Positions 8,957 to 21,172 of a DNA stretch of 38,606 bases are shown here, piece by piece. Location of the stretch: sequence record NZ_CP102943.1. One strand, 5' to 3'. Under the pieces are notes generated by a model. It ran no database searches. It had not been told where the DNA came from and worked only from the letters and a program-made list of their open reading frames with translations. A program made the position numbers and the translations under genes. The first letter of the stretch is position 1; the number at the start of each line of letters is the position of its first letter. The stretch is from a plasmid.

Positions 8957-9843
8957 GCCGGGGCCTGTTGCTGGCGGTCGCCCTGGCCGTGACCAGTCCG
9001 GTGGCTCAGGCGCTCGATGAGCCCACTTCCTCGCCATTCGACAACCGCATCCAGTACGTCAATTACAACGATGGTGATGTGGTCCTGGTACGGGCTGTCG
9101 CCGGTCTGGGCATGCGGATCGTGCTTCACCCCGGCGAGCGGATCATTGGCGTTGCCAGTGGCTTTTCGCAGGGCTGGGAGTTCAGCGATAAGGGGCACAT
9201 CCTGTACCTGAAACCGAAGTCCATCGGCGGCGGTGACAGCGGCCAGGAGGTAATGACTCCCGAGCCGGGGAAGTGGGACACCAACGTCATGGTGACCACC
9301 GATCAGCGCATGTACGACTTTGACTTGCGCCTGTTGCGTGGCGACAACTCGGGTGCACCGCCCAAGAGCCAGCCGGTGGCCTACCGGGTGCAGTTCCGCT
9401 ATCCCGCCGAGGCCAAGCAGCACGAAGTGGCTCAGGCGTCGAAGGAAATGGCACGTGCGCGGCTCGACACCCCACCCCGTCCCGTCAATTGGGACTACTC
9501 CATGCAGGTGGGCGATGCGTCCGAAGGCATCGCTCCGTCGATGGCGTATGACGACGGCCGGTTCACTTATCTGCGATTCCCCAACAACCGCGAGTTCCCA
9601 ACCGCCTTCCTCGTCGCCGGCGACGGGAGCGAGAGCATTGTGAATAGCCATATCGACCCGCGCATGCCGGACATGCTGGTGCTGCATCGGGTATCGCCGG
9701 CGCTGGTGCTGCGGCTCGGCAGCGCGGTAGTGGGCATCTACAACGACAGCTTTGACGCCGATGGCGTGCCGTCGCGCACGGGCACCACCGTGCCGAACGT
9801 TCGCCGTGTCCTCAAGGCAGCAGGGAGTTCCAACGATGAATAA
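8953..9843 (+). CDS. virB9: VirB9 outer-membrane core-complex protein
   Basis: Signal peptide MSRGLLLAVALAVTSPVAQA; ATGA overlap with virB8. Confidence 0.8.
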   Translation: MSRGLLLAVALAVTSPVAQALDEPTSSPFDNRIQYVNYNDGDVVLVRAVAGLGMRIVLHPGERIIGVASGFSQGWEFSDKGHILYLKPKSIGGGDSGQEVMTPEPGKWDTNVMVTTDQRMYDFDLRLLRGDNSGAPPKSQPVAYRVQFRYPAEAKQHEVAQASKEMARARLDTPPRPVNWDYSMQVGDASEGIAPSMAYDDGRFTYLRFPNNREFPTAFLVAGDGSESIVNSHIDPRMPDMLVLHRVSPALVLRLGSAVVGIYNDSFDADGVPSRTGTTVPNVRRVLKAAGSSNDE

Positions 9844-10996
9844 GGTGATGGACCAGACCATTCAGCAGCTGGACGACGATGACCGGGGCATGCCGGGCGT
9901 CAATGAGCGGAAAGGCAGGGGAACGGCAACAAAACTGCTGCTCGTTCTGGTGCCGCTGCTGGCCCTGCTTCTGCTGGCCCTGTGGGGTTACAAGATGCTC
10001 AACCCGTCCACTCCCAGCGCGGCGCCAAAAAAGGTAACGGACGCGCGGACCAGCACTGTCCCCAGCAGGACGTTCAAGTTCACGGATGCGCCGGCGGCGG
10101 ACGCACCGCCGATTCCTGGCCCGGATGCGGTGCCGGCAGTTGACCCTGCGGCACCGGTGCTGCCGGGTCAGGCCGAAGGCCCCATGGCCGCGACCGCGCA
10201 TGCGGACACGGCCAAGCCCGCCCGAAAGCTGGACAAGGCGGGCTCGGGCCTGATGGTAGTCAATGACACCTCGCCATCCGACGCGGGCCAGGGGCCAACG
10301 GGCGCTCCGGGGGCGGCTCAACAGCCTGGACTGGCCGGCGGCGAGAAGAGTGGCGGACCGCTCTCGGCGATGCTTACTGGCACCTACACGCCCGGTGCGC
10401 GGGCGGGCATGTTGCCGGATCGCACCTATCTGCTGACCAAGGGATCATTCATCGACTGTGGCATCCGCGGCCGAATCGACTCGACCGTACCCGGTGCAAT
10501 CGCCTGCACCGTGACCCGCGACATATACAGCGCCAACGGCAAGTTGGTGCTGGTAGAGCGCGGCTCGGTCGTAGAGGGCGAGTACCAAGCCAACATGCGT
10601 GCCGGTATGAATCGGATCTTCGTGTTGTGGACGCGGCTGACAACGCCCTCGGGTGTGTACGTGAACCTCGATTCTCCGGGGGCCGATCCGCTCGGGGGTG
10701 GTGGCCTGCCAGGGCACGTGAATAATCACTTCTGGAAGCGGTTCGGCGGCGCAATGATGCTGAGTGTGGTCGATGATCTTTCCAGCTGGGCCACCCGAAA
10801 CAATCGCAGCGGTGGCGGCAATCAGATCAGCTTCGGGTCCACCAGCGACGCGGCCAATGATATGGCGAGCGAAGCACTGCGAAGCACGATCAACATCCCG
10901 CCAACGCTCTACAAGAACCAAGGCGACCGGGTGGGCATCTACATCATGCGTGACCTTGATTTCTCGGGTGTGTACGCGATTCAGGCGGTGCAGTGA
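9836..10996 (+). CDS. virB10: VirB10/TrbI
   Basis: Cytoplasmic N-terminus, one transmembrane segment, a Pro-rich linker and a conserved C-terminal domain ending RDLDFSGVYAIQ. Confidence 0.8.
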   Translation: MNKVMDQTIQQLDDDDRGMPGVNERKGRGTATKLLLVLVPLLALLLLALWGYKMLNPSTPSAAPKKVTDARTSTVPSRTFKFTDAPAADAPPIPGPDAVPAVDPAAPVLPGQAEGPMAATAHADTAKPARKLDKAGSGLMVVNDTSPSDAGQGPTGAPGAAQQPGLAGGEKSGGPLSAMLTGTYTPGARAGMLPDRTYLLTKGSFIDCGIRGRIDSTVPGAIACTVTRDIYSANGKLVLVERGSVVEGEYQANMRAGMNRIFVLWTRLTTPSGVYVNLDSPGADPLGGGGLPGHVNNHFWKRFGGAMMLSVVDDLSSWATRNNRSGGGNQISFGSTSDAANDMASEALRSTINIPPTLYKNQGDRVGIYIMRDLDFSGVYAIQAVQ

Positions 10997-12054
10997 TGAA
11001 CGCGAGTGTGCAGCCACAGCCTGGGGTGGTGTCGTTCGGCCGGGATACCAGCGTGCGTCATCTGCTCAAACCCTTGCAGCGCTGGTTTGAAGAAGATGGG
11101 GTGACGGAAATCTGTGTGAACCGTCCTGGTGAAGTGTTCATTGAAAAAGAAAGCCGGTGGGAGCGGTTTGAAGTACCTGAATTGACCTTCGACGCCTTGG
11201 AGTCGCTTGCGACAGCTGTCTCCAAGCTGGCCGGCCAGGAGATCAACGAAAGCCACCCGATGCTGTCGGCGGTGCTGCCGGGCCGCGAGCGAGTTCAGGT
11301 GGTGTCGTACCCCGCCTGCGAGCATGGGACGGTTTCGCTGACCGTTCGCCGCCCATCGTTCGGTCGGCGAACGCTGGATCAGTATCAGGCGCAAGGCTTT
11401 TTCAGCCACATCCGGCCGATCTCCGAAGGATTGACACAGGTCGAATCGGATATGGAAGCGATGCTCGGTGCCGGCGACTACATGCAGTTCCTGCGCTCGG
11501 CCGTGCAGCACGAAAAGGTGATCGTGGTGGCCGGCGCAACCGGCTCGGGCAAGACCACGTTCATGAAAGCGCTCATGCAGGAGATCCCCACCCACCAGCG
11601 CATCATCACGATTGAGGACACGCCGGAACTGTTCCTGCCGGACCATCCCAACCACGTGCATCTGTTCTACCCCAGCGAGGCGAAGGAGGAAGAGAACGCC
11701 TCGACCACCGCCGCAACATGCCTGAAAAGCTGCATGCGCATGAAACCCGACCGGATCTTGCTGGCGGAGCTACGCGGGGGTGAAACGTACGATTTCGTCA
11801 ACGTCTGCGCATCCGGCCATGGCGGCAGCATCACCAGTCTGCATGCCGGGTCGTGCGAAATGGCCTTTGAACGGATGGCGCTGATGATCCTCCAGAATCG
11901 CCAGGGCCGCACGTTGCCATACGAGGTTATCCGCCGGCTGCTCTACCTGGTGGTGGACGTGGTGGTTCATGTCCACAACGAGGTCACCTTGCCCGACCTG
12001 GGCCGGCACATTACCGGCATCTGGTTCCAGCCCATGAAGAAGTGGCAGGGCTGA
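10996..12054 (+). CDS. virB11: VirB11 T4SS ATPase
   Basis: Walker A GATGSGKTT; about 352 aa; ATGA overlap with virB10. Confidence 0.9.
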   Translation: MNASVQPQPGVVSFGRDTSVRHLLKPLQRWFEEDGVTEICVNRPGEVFIEKESRWERFEVPELTFDALESLATAVSKLAGQEINESHPMLSAVLPGRERVQVVSYPACEHGTVSLTVRRPSFGRRTLDQYQAQGFFSHIRPISEGLTQVESDMEAMLGAGDYMQFLRSAVQHEKVIVVAGATGSGKTTFMKALMQEIPTHQRIITIEDTPELFLPDHPNHVHLFYPSEAKEEENASTTAATCLKSCMRMKPDRILLAELRGGETYDFVNVCASGHGGSITSLHAGSCEMAFERMALMILQNRQGRTLPYEVIRRLLYLVVDVVVHVHNEVTLPDLGRHITGIWFQPMKKWQG

Positions 12055-12179
12055 GGTGCCACCGCCGGGCTCTGCCTGCGCGGTCCAAAGCAGTTGGGGA
12101 CGGCTGGCCGCATCGAGCGCGGCCAGCTGTCGCCAAGACAGTTTCAGCGCGCCGATGGCGCCCTACTCGGAGAGAACCC

Positions 12180-14894
<2,715 letters not shown>

Positions 14895-14943
14895 GCAATA
14901 CACATTACAGATTGTGGCGTTCACTGCGCCACATATCTAATTA

Positions 14944-14962
14944 CCAATATGTGTATTATTGG
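14944..14962. promoter_or_regulatory. 19-bp operator-like motif copy c (CCAATATGTGTATTATTGG)
   Basis: Inverted repeat CCAATA/TATTGG, 72 bp upstream of the gene at 15034. A hairpin GTGGCGttcactgCGCCAC at about 14915-14933 sits just after the virD4 stop. Confidence 0.5.
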
Positions 14963-15033
14963 CATAGCAGATTACGCGATTCCGCTCATGGTGGGCGGAA
15001 CGCGGTGCGGGCTTTGCCCAGGAGATCACTGCT

Positions 15034-15696
15034 ATGAGCCAAGAGGTACAGACCACGCCGGCGTCGGAGAAAGATCGGCCGTACCGCATACCGGAGAGCG
15101 CCATTACGGACGACGTGCGCGCTGTCATCGCGTCGAAGATCGGCGATCAGGCAGTTGCATACCCTGCGAAGGTGGGCGGCAGCTACAAAGGCCCGGTAAT
15201 CCATGCCGATGACAGCTTCATCGTCCAGGCGGTAGGAAAGGACCGCAACAGTGCGGTGGTGCATCAGCGCAGTGATCTGGAAATGCAGGGTGCGCAGCTG
15301 CGACAGCGCGACCGCAATCACGATCTGGTTGACCGCAATATCCAAGTCCACTACCGGGGCACGTCTGCCAAGGCGTACCCGATGAACCCCGCCTCGCCTG
15401 CTCAGTCGAGCGACAAGCCGGCTGATGAGCGCAGTGCGGCGCCGGCGAAGCCGGACCGCATGTATCGGGAATTCGTGGTTGCAACAGCGGCGGAATATGC
15501 CCAAGGCGCCTTCAAGACCGCCAAGCAACGCGAAGCGTTTGTTGGGCACGTTACAGCGATGCTCGACCCGAATCGGCAGATCTCGCCGGGAACACCTGCG
15601 CCCTCCGCAGAAAAGCCGCAAGCCGCCGCCAAGGGTGGTTTGACCCCTGCGCCAGCGCCCGCCAAGCCGCCTACGCCGGCCGAACCCGCGCGCTAA
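15034..15696 (+). CDS. Hypothetical plasmid protein with a Pro/Ala-rich C-terminal tail (possibly KfrB/KlcB-like)
   Basis: GGAG RBS; 220 aa; no motif I can assign with confidence. Confidence 0.5.
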   Translation: MSQEVQTTPASEKDRPYRIPESAITDDVRAVIASKIGDQAVAYPAKVGGSYKGPVIHADDSFIVQAVGKDRNSAVVHQRSDLEMQGAQLRQRDRNHDLVDRNIQVHYRGTSAKAYPMNPASPAQSSDKPADERSAAPAKPDRMYREFVVATAAEYAQGAFKTAKQREAFVGHVTAMLDPNRQISPGTPAPSAEKPQAAAKGGLTPAPAPAKPPTPAEPAR

Positions 15697-15721
15697 CCCC
15701 TCCGCCTCAAGGAACTGAACG

Positions 15722-17374
15722 ATGGACGACAGAAGCAACGACGAATCGCCGGCGACGGCTGCCGGCATCAGCCAAGGCATCATGCGCATTGACGGGCAAG
15801 CGGCCACGTCGATCAAGTACGCCCGCAGCCGTGAGGGGGATCAAGACCAGTTTGAACTGACGTTCCGCATGGGCGACACCCAAGTGGCTAAGGTCAAGCG
15901 ACTGACGCCCGCCGAGCTGGCCGACGCGGTTGGCGCCCGGAATGCGGAGCGTATGAGTGGGCCGGATACGGTGAAAGGGACTCTGAAAGGTGAAACCCTG
16001 GACTTCGTTGACGGGGTAACCCCGACCGAGCGCGAACTGCGGCAAGCGAGCAACACCGTGGAGAAGGGACTCGCGCCCGAGCATGAAACCGGGCTCGTCA
16101 ACACTGACGAGGCCCTGGCGTTCGCGAGGAAGCTGCGCGAACGGGATCGCAAGCTGTGGGCACGCGAACTGAGCCAGGAAACGTCGGACAAGGCCGAAGA
16201 TCATGCCAAGCGCATTGCTGGCGCATCCCAGCCAGCGGGACCGGCACAGGCGGCGGATCTGCCGGCATCGCCCGAAGACCGCAGCACCCAGCTGCCGGAA
16301 CATGAGCAGGCTCGCCGAGCGGAACTCATCGACCGCCTGCACAGTCAGTACCGGGTCGCGGGGAGCCGGTTCTATTACCGCGATCAGCCGGACAAGATCG
16401 CGTTTCGCGATGGGCAGACCCAACTCAAGACGGCAACCAATGATGAGCGTGTCGCGCAAGCGATGATTGCCAGAGCCGATTCGCTGGGCTGGAAAGTCGT
16501 GAACATCAGTGGTCACCCGGACTTCATGCGCCCGGCCTGGATGGAAGCTCGACTCCGAGGGATCGAGACGACCGGCCCATTCAAGCCAACGCCGGCCGAT
16601 CTGGAAGCGCTACGCGCCGCGCAAGAGAAGTTGATGGGCAATCGCGTGGACCGGGTGCCGGAACGCAGCCAGAAGCCCGCACACGCCGATGGGCGCGATA
16701 CGGATACCCACGGCCAGGGACGCGCCGCCAAGGCCGCTCCTGAGCGCGCTGAGGGGCGGGTGGGCACGGTTGGCGATGATGGCAAGGCGCAAGGGGACAA
16801 AGCCAAGCAGATGCCAGCAGACGGACGGCTCAGTGCGCGGGAGGTTGCAGCAGTTGGCGGCGTCGCCGGCAAGGTGCTTGCCCACGGGCCGGCGCCCTAC
16901 AACAACGATCCACAGGAGAAGCCGAGCTACTTCGTAAGGCTTGCGACCAAGGATGGCGAGCGCACGGTCTGGGGCAAGGAACTGCCGGATGCGCTTGCCA
17001 AAGGTGGCGCGACCGCCGGCGACTTCATCAAGCTCAAGCATGGGGGCGACAAGCCAGTTACCGTCGAAGCGAACAAGCGCGACGAACAGGGCAAGGTAGT
17101 CGGTACCCAGACTATCGACGCCGCCCGGAATACCTGGTCGGTGACGAAGCTGGACCGGGCGGCGGCTGTACTCGCGCTGGGTGAGGCATTGGCGGAGAAG
17201 CACCTGAGCCCCGAGTCACAAGAGCGCCTCCGCGATGCAATCGAACGCCGCGTCATTGCATCGCCGGGCAAGGTGCCGGCGGTTCAGGTGTACGACAAAG
17301 CCGCGCCGCCTCGCGAGGCCGGCAGGGAGCGGTCGGGAATGGGGGTTGACCGGGCACCGGAGAGGAATCGCTAA
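15722..17374 (+). CDS. Large conjugation-associated protein of unknown function (possible LPD7-like domain)
   Basis: 550 aa. Central region YRVAGSRFYYRDQPDKIAFRDGQTQLKT...GWKVVNISGHPDFMRPAWMEARLRGIET is reminiscent of domains found with TraC primases and relaxases; the family call is tentative. Confidence 0.45.
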   Translation: MDDRSNDESPATAAGISQGIMRIDGQAATSIKYARSREGDQDQFELTFRMGDTQVAKVKRLTPAELADAVGARNAERMSGPDTVKGTLKGETLDFVDGVTPTERELRQASNTVEKGLAPEHETGLVNTDEALAFARKLRERDRKLWARELSQETSDKAEDHAKRIAGASQPAGPAQAADLPASPEDRSTQLPEHEQARRAELIDRLHSQYRVAGSRFYYRDQPDKIAFRDGQTQLKTATNDERVAQAMIARADSLGWKVVNISGHPDFMRPAWMEARLRGIETTGPFKPTPADLEALRAAQEKLMGNRVDRVPERSQKPAHADGRDTDTHGQGRAAKAAPERAEGRVGTVGDDGKAQGDKAKQMPADGRLSAREVAAVGGVAGKVLAHGPAPYNNDPQEKPSYFVRLATKDGERTVWGKELPDALAKGGATAGDFIKLKHGGDKPVTVEANKRDEQGKVVGTQTIDAARNTWSVTKLDRAAAVLALGEALAEKHLSPESQERLRDAIERRVIASPGKVPAVQVYDKAAPPREAGRERSGMGVDRAPERNR

Positions 17375-17644
17375 ATGACCGTGCACACCAATCACAGTGA
17401 AAGTTCCGGTCACCCGATGAACGCTGGTTGGAAGTGGCTGCGAACAGCGCTCTATGCTGCAAGGCTCTTGGGGATCGGCGCACTTTGGGGCTTCGCAAGT
17501 GTCGGGATTGTCGTTGTTGTAGGGCTGCACCTCTCGGAGCTTCCCACGACGATCACGCTTCCCGCTGGGGCTGTGATCCTCGACGGGCCCCTCGGAGTAA
17601 TCGCGCTGGTGAGCGCTTTGGTGGGTATAGCCCTTAGCAGGTGA
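17375..17644 (+). CDS. Small two-transmembrane-segment membrane protein
   Basis: 89 aa; TAAATG junction with the upstream gene; two hydrophobic helices. Confidence 0.45.
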   Translation: MTVHTNHSESSGHPMNAGWKWLRTALYAARLLGIGALWGFASVGIVVVVGLHLSELPTTITLPAGAVILDGPLGVIALVSALVGIALSR

Positions 17645-17666
17645 CTCGACTACGCCTTTGAGACAA

Positions 17667-17697
17667 GAAGCCCCGCCCTGGCGGGGCTTCTTCGTTT
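17667..17697 (+). terminator. Rho-independent terminator
   Basis: GAAGCCCCGCC-ct-GGCGGGGCTTC stem then TTCGTTTGG. Confidence 0.6.
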
Positions 17698-17710
17698 GGC
17701 GACGGTGGCG

Positions 17711-18148
17711 TGGCTGGCCAGCTGAGATCCGTCGCCAAGACAGATTCAGCGCAAGGGCGTCCTGCCTGCGCGTGCACACGGGGCCCGGTGTGGAAGTCGC
17801 CTGTGCCGTGCATCCGTGGTTGGTGACAGCGCCGATTCCCTGCCGCGCAGATCGGTCGCCAAGACAGATTCAGCGCAAGCGCAAGACAGATTCAGCGCAA
17901 GCGCACCCTCCCCTGCATATGCCCGGCAACTGCCGCTGCGGGAGGCTGTGCGTGGCGTCCGTGGTTGGCGACTGCGGGTTGGCTGGCCGGCTGAGATCCG
18001 TCGCCAAGACAGATTCAGCGCAAGGGCGTCCTGCCTGCGCGTTCACACGGGGCCCGGTGTGGAAGTCGCCTGTGCCGTGCATCCGTAGTTGGTGACAGCG
18101 CCGAGGCCATGCCGCGCAGATCCGTCACCAAGACAGATTCAGCGCAAT
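17711..18148. repeat. Iteron-like array: five copies of GTCGCCAAGACAGATTCAGCGCAAG inside two roughly 150-bp direct repeats
   Basis: Copies at about 17731, 17855, 17881 (overlapping tandem), 18000 and 18124. Pairs are spaced about 124 bp apart. Unit 17711-17880 is nearly identical to 17980-18148. Confidence 0.8.
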
Positions 18149-18168
18149 AGATCGCACATTGTCAATCG

Positions 18169-18187
18169 CCAAGACGTATAATCTTGG
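18169..18187. promoter_or_regulatory. 19-bp operator-like motif copy d (CCAAGACGTATAATCTTGG) with a TATAAT core
   Basis: Palindrome around a -10-like TATAAT; TTGTCA upstream; immediately 5' of the lipoprotein gene. Confidence 0.6.
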
Positions 18188-18216
18188 CTACCACCAACGG
18201 ACACATGAGATTGCCA

Positions 18217-18732
18217 ATGCACCGCATCACTCTTCTTGCCTCCGCTGCACTTCTGCTGGCGTCCTGCGCCTCCCCACCCAAGCCGCCCACGGTGAGCGGC
18301 AAGCACCGCACGGTCGTGAACTCCATCATCGTCTACGCCAGCAATCCGAGGCCCGCACAGATCTCCGAGGGGCCGGCCAGGGTGGCGCCGGCGGGCGTGC
18401 AGCCCGACCGCCGCCTGAGCATCACCTTCCCCTGGAACAAGTGGAAGTTCCAGCCAACGCCGGAACAGGCGGTGCAGCTGCGGCGACTTCTGGCCGGGAA
18501 CATCGACCACGTGAACGTGCGCGGTCGAACCGATGGCCCCGCCGGCGCTGGTGATGAGCGCGTGGCCCGCCGCCGCGCGGCGGCGGCGAAGGACTGGCTG
18601 GTCGGCCAGGGCATCCCCGGCGAACGGATCTTCGTGAGTTACGTGTCCGCCGGTGACTACCAAGCGAGCAATCTCAACGCGGCAGGGCGGGCCTCGAATC
18701 GTCGCGTTGATATCGAAATCATCCACAACTGA
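18217..18732 (+). CDS. OmpA/MotB-family peptidoglycan-binding lipoprotein
   Basis: Signal and lipobox LLLASCAS; C-terminal OmpA-like domain NVRGRTDGPAG...ASNRRVDIEI. Start uncertain: 18184, 18205 or 18217. Confidence 0.7.
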   Translation: MHRITLLASAALLLASCASPPKPPTVSGKHRTVVNSIIVYASNPRPAQISEGPARVAPAGVQPDRRLSITFPWNKWKFQPTPEQAVQLRRLLAGNIDHVNVRGRTDGPAGAGDERVARRRAAAAKDWLVGQGIPGERIFVSYVSAGDYQASNLNAAGRASNRRVDIEIIHN

Positions 18733-18745
18733 CAGGAAGCACGTC

Positions 18746-19285
18746 ATGAAAAGAACTATCGCAACCGTTGCACTGGCCGCTCTGTTCTCCGCTGGCGCTT
18801 CCTCGGCAGGCGCTCAGGAATTCACCGGAGACGTGAAGTACGCATGCGAGGCCATCATGTGTCTGTCCACCGGGAACCGGCCCAGCGAGTGCCAGCCGTC
18901 GCTGGAACGCTATTTCAGCATCAGCGCCAAGAAGGTTTCGGACACGATCAAGAAGCGCAAGAACTTCTTGCAGCTGTGCCCGGCAGCGGATGACAGCGAA
19001 GATATGAAGAAGCTGGTAGACGACCTAGCCAACGGCGCACAGAAATGCGATGCGGCCACGCTGAACCAAGAACTGCGCGTGGGCAGGTTCGGGATCATCA
19101 GCAACCGTCTCCCGGCTCACTGTGCATCTTCGGGTTCGGCGAAGTACGTGGGCATCCCTGGACGCGGTGGCCGTTGGGTCGATGCCGCAGACTACGACCG
19201 AGCGAACCAACAGCACGAACAGCAGCAGAATGCTGCATCGTGGCGCTACGGCAATGCCGGCGAAACCACGGAACAGCTGCGATGA
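18746..19285 (+). CDS. Secreted cysteine-rich protein (possibly TrbM-like periplasmic)
   Basis: AGGAAG RBS; signal peptide MKRTIATVALAALFSAGASSAGAQE; about 8 Cys. Confidence 0.55.
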   Translation: MKRTIATVALAALFSAGASSAGAQEFTGDVKYACEAIMCLSTGNRPSECQPSLERYFSISAKKVSDTIKKRKNFLQLCPAADDSEDMKKLVDDLANGAQKCDAATLNQELRVGRFGIISNRLPAHCASSGSAKYVGIPGRGGRWVDAADYDRANQQHEQQQNAASWRYGNAGETTEQLR

Positions 19286-19507
19286 AGCCGGCCCCTGGAG
19301 ATTGTCACGGTGCCGCCGCTGCACCGCCATCAGGTGGGACACCGGCCACATCCAAGGCGTTTCCGGGGGCCTGCCCGCGCTGTGTAGACATCGTTCTTGA
19401 TGGCATGCTGGACACGATGCTTGATGTCTACACCGCAGGTGCCGCGTCAGCGCACGGTCAAGCTGGCGACGAACGCGGCAAGTAACGTCTGCGGCAGGCA
19501 GGTTAGG

Positions 19508-19534
19508 GAAAAGCGCGGCAGATGCCGCGCTTTT
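19508..19534. terminator. Bidirectional rho-independent terminator between convergent genes
   Basis: AAAAGCGCGGCAgatGCCGCGCTTTTT. Confidence 0.7.
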
Positions 19535-19537
19535 TCG

Positions 19538-20614
19538 TTAGTCGCGGTCCTGGCCCTTGGGTGGGCTTGCCGGCGGCCGTGGGTCGCTGGCTTTGGCGGG
19601 AGTGAGCGATGGCGCTCTCCCCTGCCCTGCCTGCTCAACCTGCTTGAACTGCTCGACCAGGGCCTGATGACGGGTTTGCAATGTTGGCATGCTCTTAACC
19701 ATGCCAACGATGCCCACCGCAAGTTCGCGGGACTCAACGTCACCCTGGGCAACCAACGTGCGTGCGATCTCGGCGTAGACACGCTGCACGCGCTGTCTTT
19801 GTCTTGCGATGTTCCGCTCCGCCGGATTCGCGCGAGGTTTGCCGCTCTTGGCTTCCTGCCGGGCATCCTGGCGCTGCTGTTCGGCACGGTAGGAAGTCCG
19901 CCCGTCCTGCTCCATCTGCTTGATGGCCTGCCGCACCGGACGTTGAACGACTCCCCTCGCCTTACGCGTGGTGGCATTCGCTTCGATGCCCTGGGCGCGT
20001 AGGTGTTCCGCGAACGAATCGCGCCAGTGCGCCAGATCGGCCTTCCGGTGCTGGAGCCTGTACCCGTCAAAGCCCGCTATCTTGACCACCAGGTGCACGT
20101 GCGTGTGGTCTTCGTCGTCATGCTCGGCAAAGGCGTACTGGTGGCCCTGGAAGTTCTCTCGCGCCAGCTCACGGACAGCCGTGGTCACCGATGGCCGGTG
20201 TGTGCCAGCTGGCATCGAGAACACGATATTGAGGGCCTCTCGGCGTTTCTCGCCATGCTCAGGCATACCGATACCGCCATGCTTCCATTCGTCCCGAAGG
20301 GCACGAATGTCCTCGCGTCCTTCGTATATCTCCCCACGCTCATTCTCTACAGCTACCTCGCCATTGCGTGAGATGTAGTCCATATGTGCTTTGACATGCC
20401 GCATGTTGCGGCCCCCGCCCGAGATCTTCACCACGACTTCGGGGGCGCGCTTAACGATCCGCTTGATCCGCTCGATGGCCGCAGGCCCTGTAAGACCTGG
20501 GCGCCCCTGCTGCTTAGGCGCACGCGTCCTGCCACCACGGACGTTCTTGGCCTTTCTACCCTTGAGGGTATGGCCGCTGAGTTCTTCGCCCCACGCGGGC
20601 AGGAATGTAGTCAT
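19538..20614 (-). CDS. Conjugative relaxase, MobA/VirD2-type (likely MOBP-like)
   Basis: N-terminal VVKISGGGRN...AHMDYISRNG carries the catalytic Tyr motif and AEHDDEDHTHVHLVV is the His triad. The ATG at 20614 overlaps the mobC stop (ATGA). Confidence 0.8.
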   Translation of the reverse strand: MTTFLPAWGEELSGHTLKGRKAKNVRGGRTRAPKQQGRPGLTGPAAIERIKRIVKRAPEVVVKISGGGRNMRHVKAHMDYISRNGEVAVENERGEIYEGREDIRALRDEWKHGGIGMPEHGEKRREALNIVFSMPAGTHRPSVTTAVRELARENFQGHQYAFAEHDDEDHTHVHLVVKIAGFDGYRLQHRKADLAHWRDSFAEHLRAQGIEANATTRKARGVVQRPVRQAIKQMEQDGRTSYRAEQQRQDARQEAKSGKPRANPAERNIARQRQRVQRVYAEIARTLVAQGDVESRELAVGIVGMVKSMPTLQTRHQALVEQFKQVEQAGQGRAPSLTPAKASDPRPPASPPKGQDRD

Positions 20615-21162
20615 TCGATTGGCCACCGTTCAAGGCTTGCTCTGGTTACATCGGACACATGCCGGATGTGCTGCTGAATGACCCCATGCAGTGCGTCCAG
20701 CTTCTCAATCTGTAGTGCTGCGCCCCTCCCCTCATTGAGCCGCCGTGCGATCTGATTGATGTTCCGACCGATGGCCATCAGCTGATAGTTGGAATCCCCA
20801 AGTACCTCGACAGCCCGCATCCCAAACTGCGGTTCACGGGTCAACGCCGCACGGATGGCATCAACCATGAAACGGCGCATCGAGCAGCCCTCAAGGTCGG
20901 CTCGCTCGCGTACCCCGGCCTTCTCCGACGTGGTGAGTAGTAGCTCGCACCGCTCCTTACGCTCAGGCTCGGTCGGCTCTCGGCTGCGTTTGATGGCCGC
21001 AACAGGCTCTGCCTTCCCGGCAGCTTCCAAGATCTGCTCGATGGTCGCCTGAATCAAAGCGGATGAGGTCACGCCCTGGCTCTTGCAGTGCGCTTCCCAC
21101 TGCCGCTTCAACTCCGGCCGCAGCCTGACACTCAATGTGGGGTAACGGGCATCAGTTGTCAT
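20611..21162 (-). CDS. mobC: MobC-family relaxosome accessory protein with two RHH motifs
   Basis: LMAIGRNINQIARRLN matches the MobC signature; an N-terminal RHH-like segment; lies upstream of and coupled to the relaxase. Confidence 0.8.
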   Translation of the reverse strand: MTTDARYPTLSVRLRPELKRQWEAHCKSQGVTSSALIQATIEQILEAAGKAEPVAAIKRSREPTEPERKERCELLLTTSEKAGVRERADLEGCSMRRFMVDAIRAALTREPQFGMRAVEVLGDSNYQLMAIGRNINQIARRLNEGRGAALQIEKLDALHGVIQQHIRHVSDVTRASLERWPIE

Positions 21163-21172
21163 GGCAGATCGC

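Noticed and set aside
12042-12179. Upstream extension of virD4 to the GTG at 12042
   Set aside because: The extension is Arg-rich and overlaps the virB11 stop; an ATG at 12180 with a GGAGAG RBS precedes the conserved hydrophobic N-terminus
17658-18095. ORFs 17658..18095 + and 17816..18088 + running through the iteron array
   Set aside because: Their repeated peptide segments simply mirror the DNA direct repeats; no RBS; region is better explained as a non-coding binding-site array
17711-18148. CRISPR array
   Set aside because: Repeats are separated by about 100 bp 'spacers' that are themselves duplicated, spacing is irregular (an overlapping tandem at 17879), and no cas genes are present
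19282-19485. 67-aa ORF starting at an ATG overlapping the stop of the secreted-protein gene and reading through the 19382-19434 palindrome
   Set aside because: The peptide is symmetric (VDIVLDGMLDTMLDVY) only because it translates an inverted repeat; no independent support
19397-20378. Plus-strand ORFs 19397..20002, 19968..20378 and 20003..20371 opposite the relaxase gene
   Set aside because: Embedded antisense to a relaxase with clear catalytic motifs; Arg/Leu-rich compositions typical of GC-rich antisense frames
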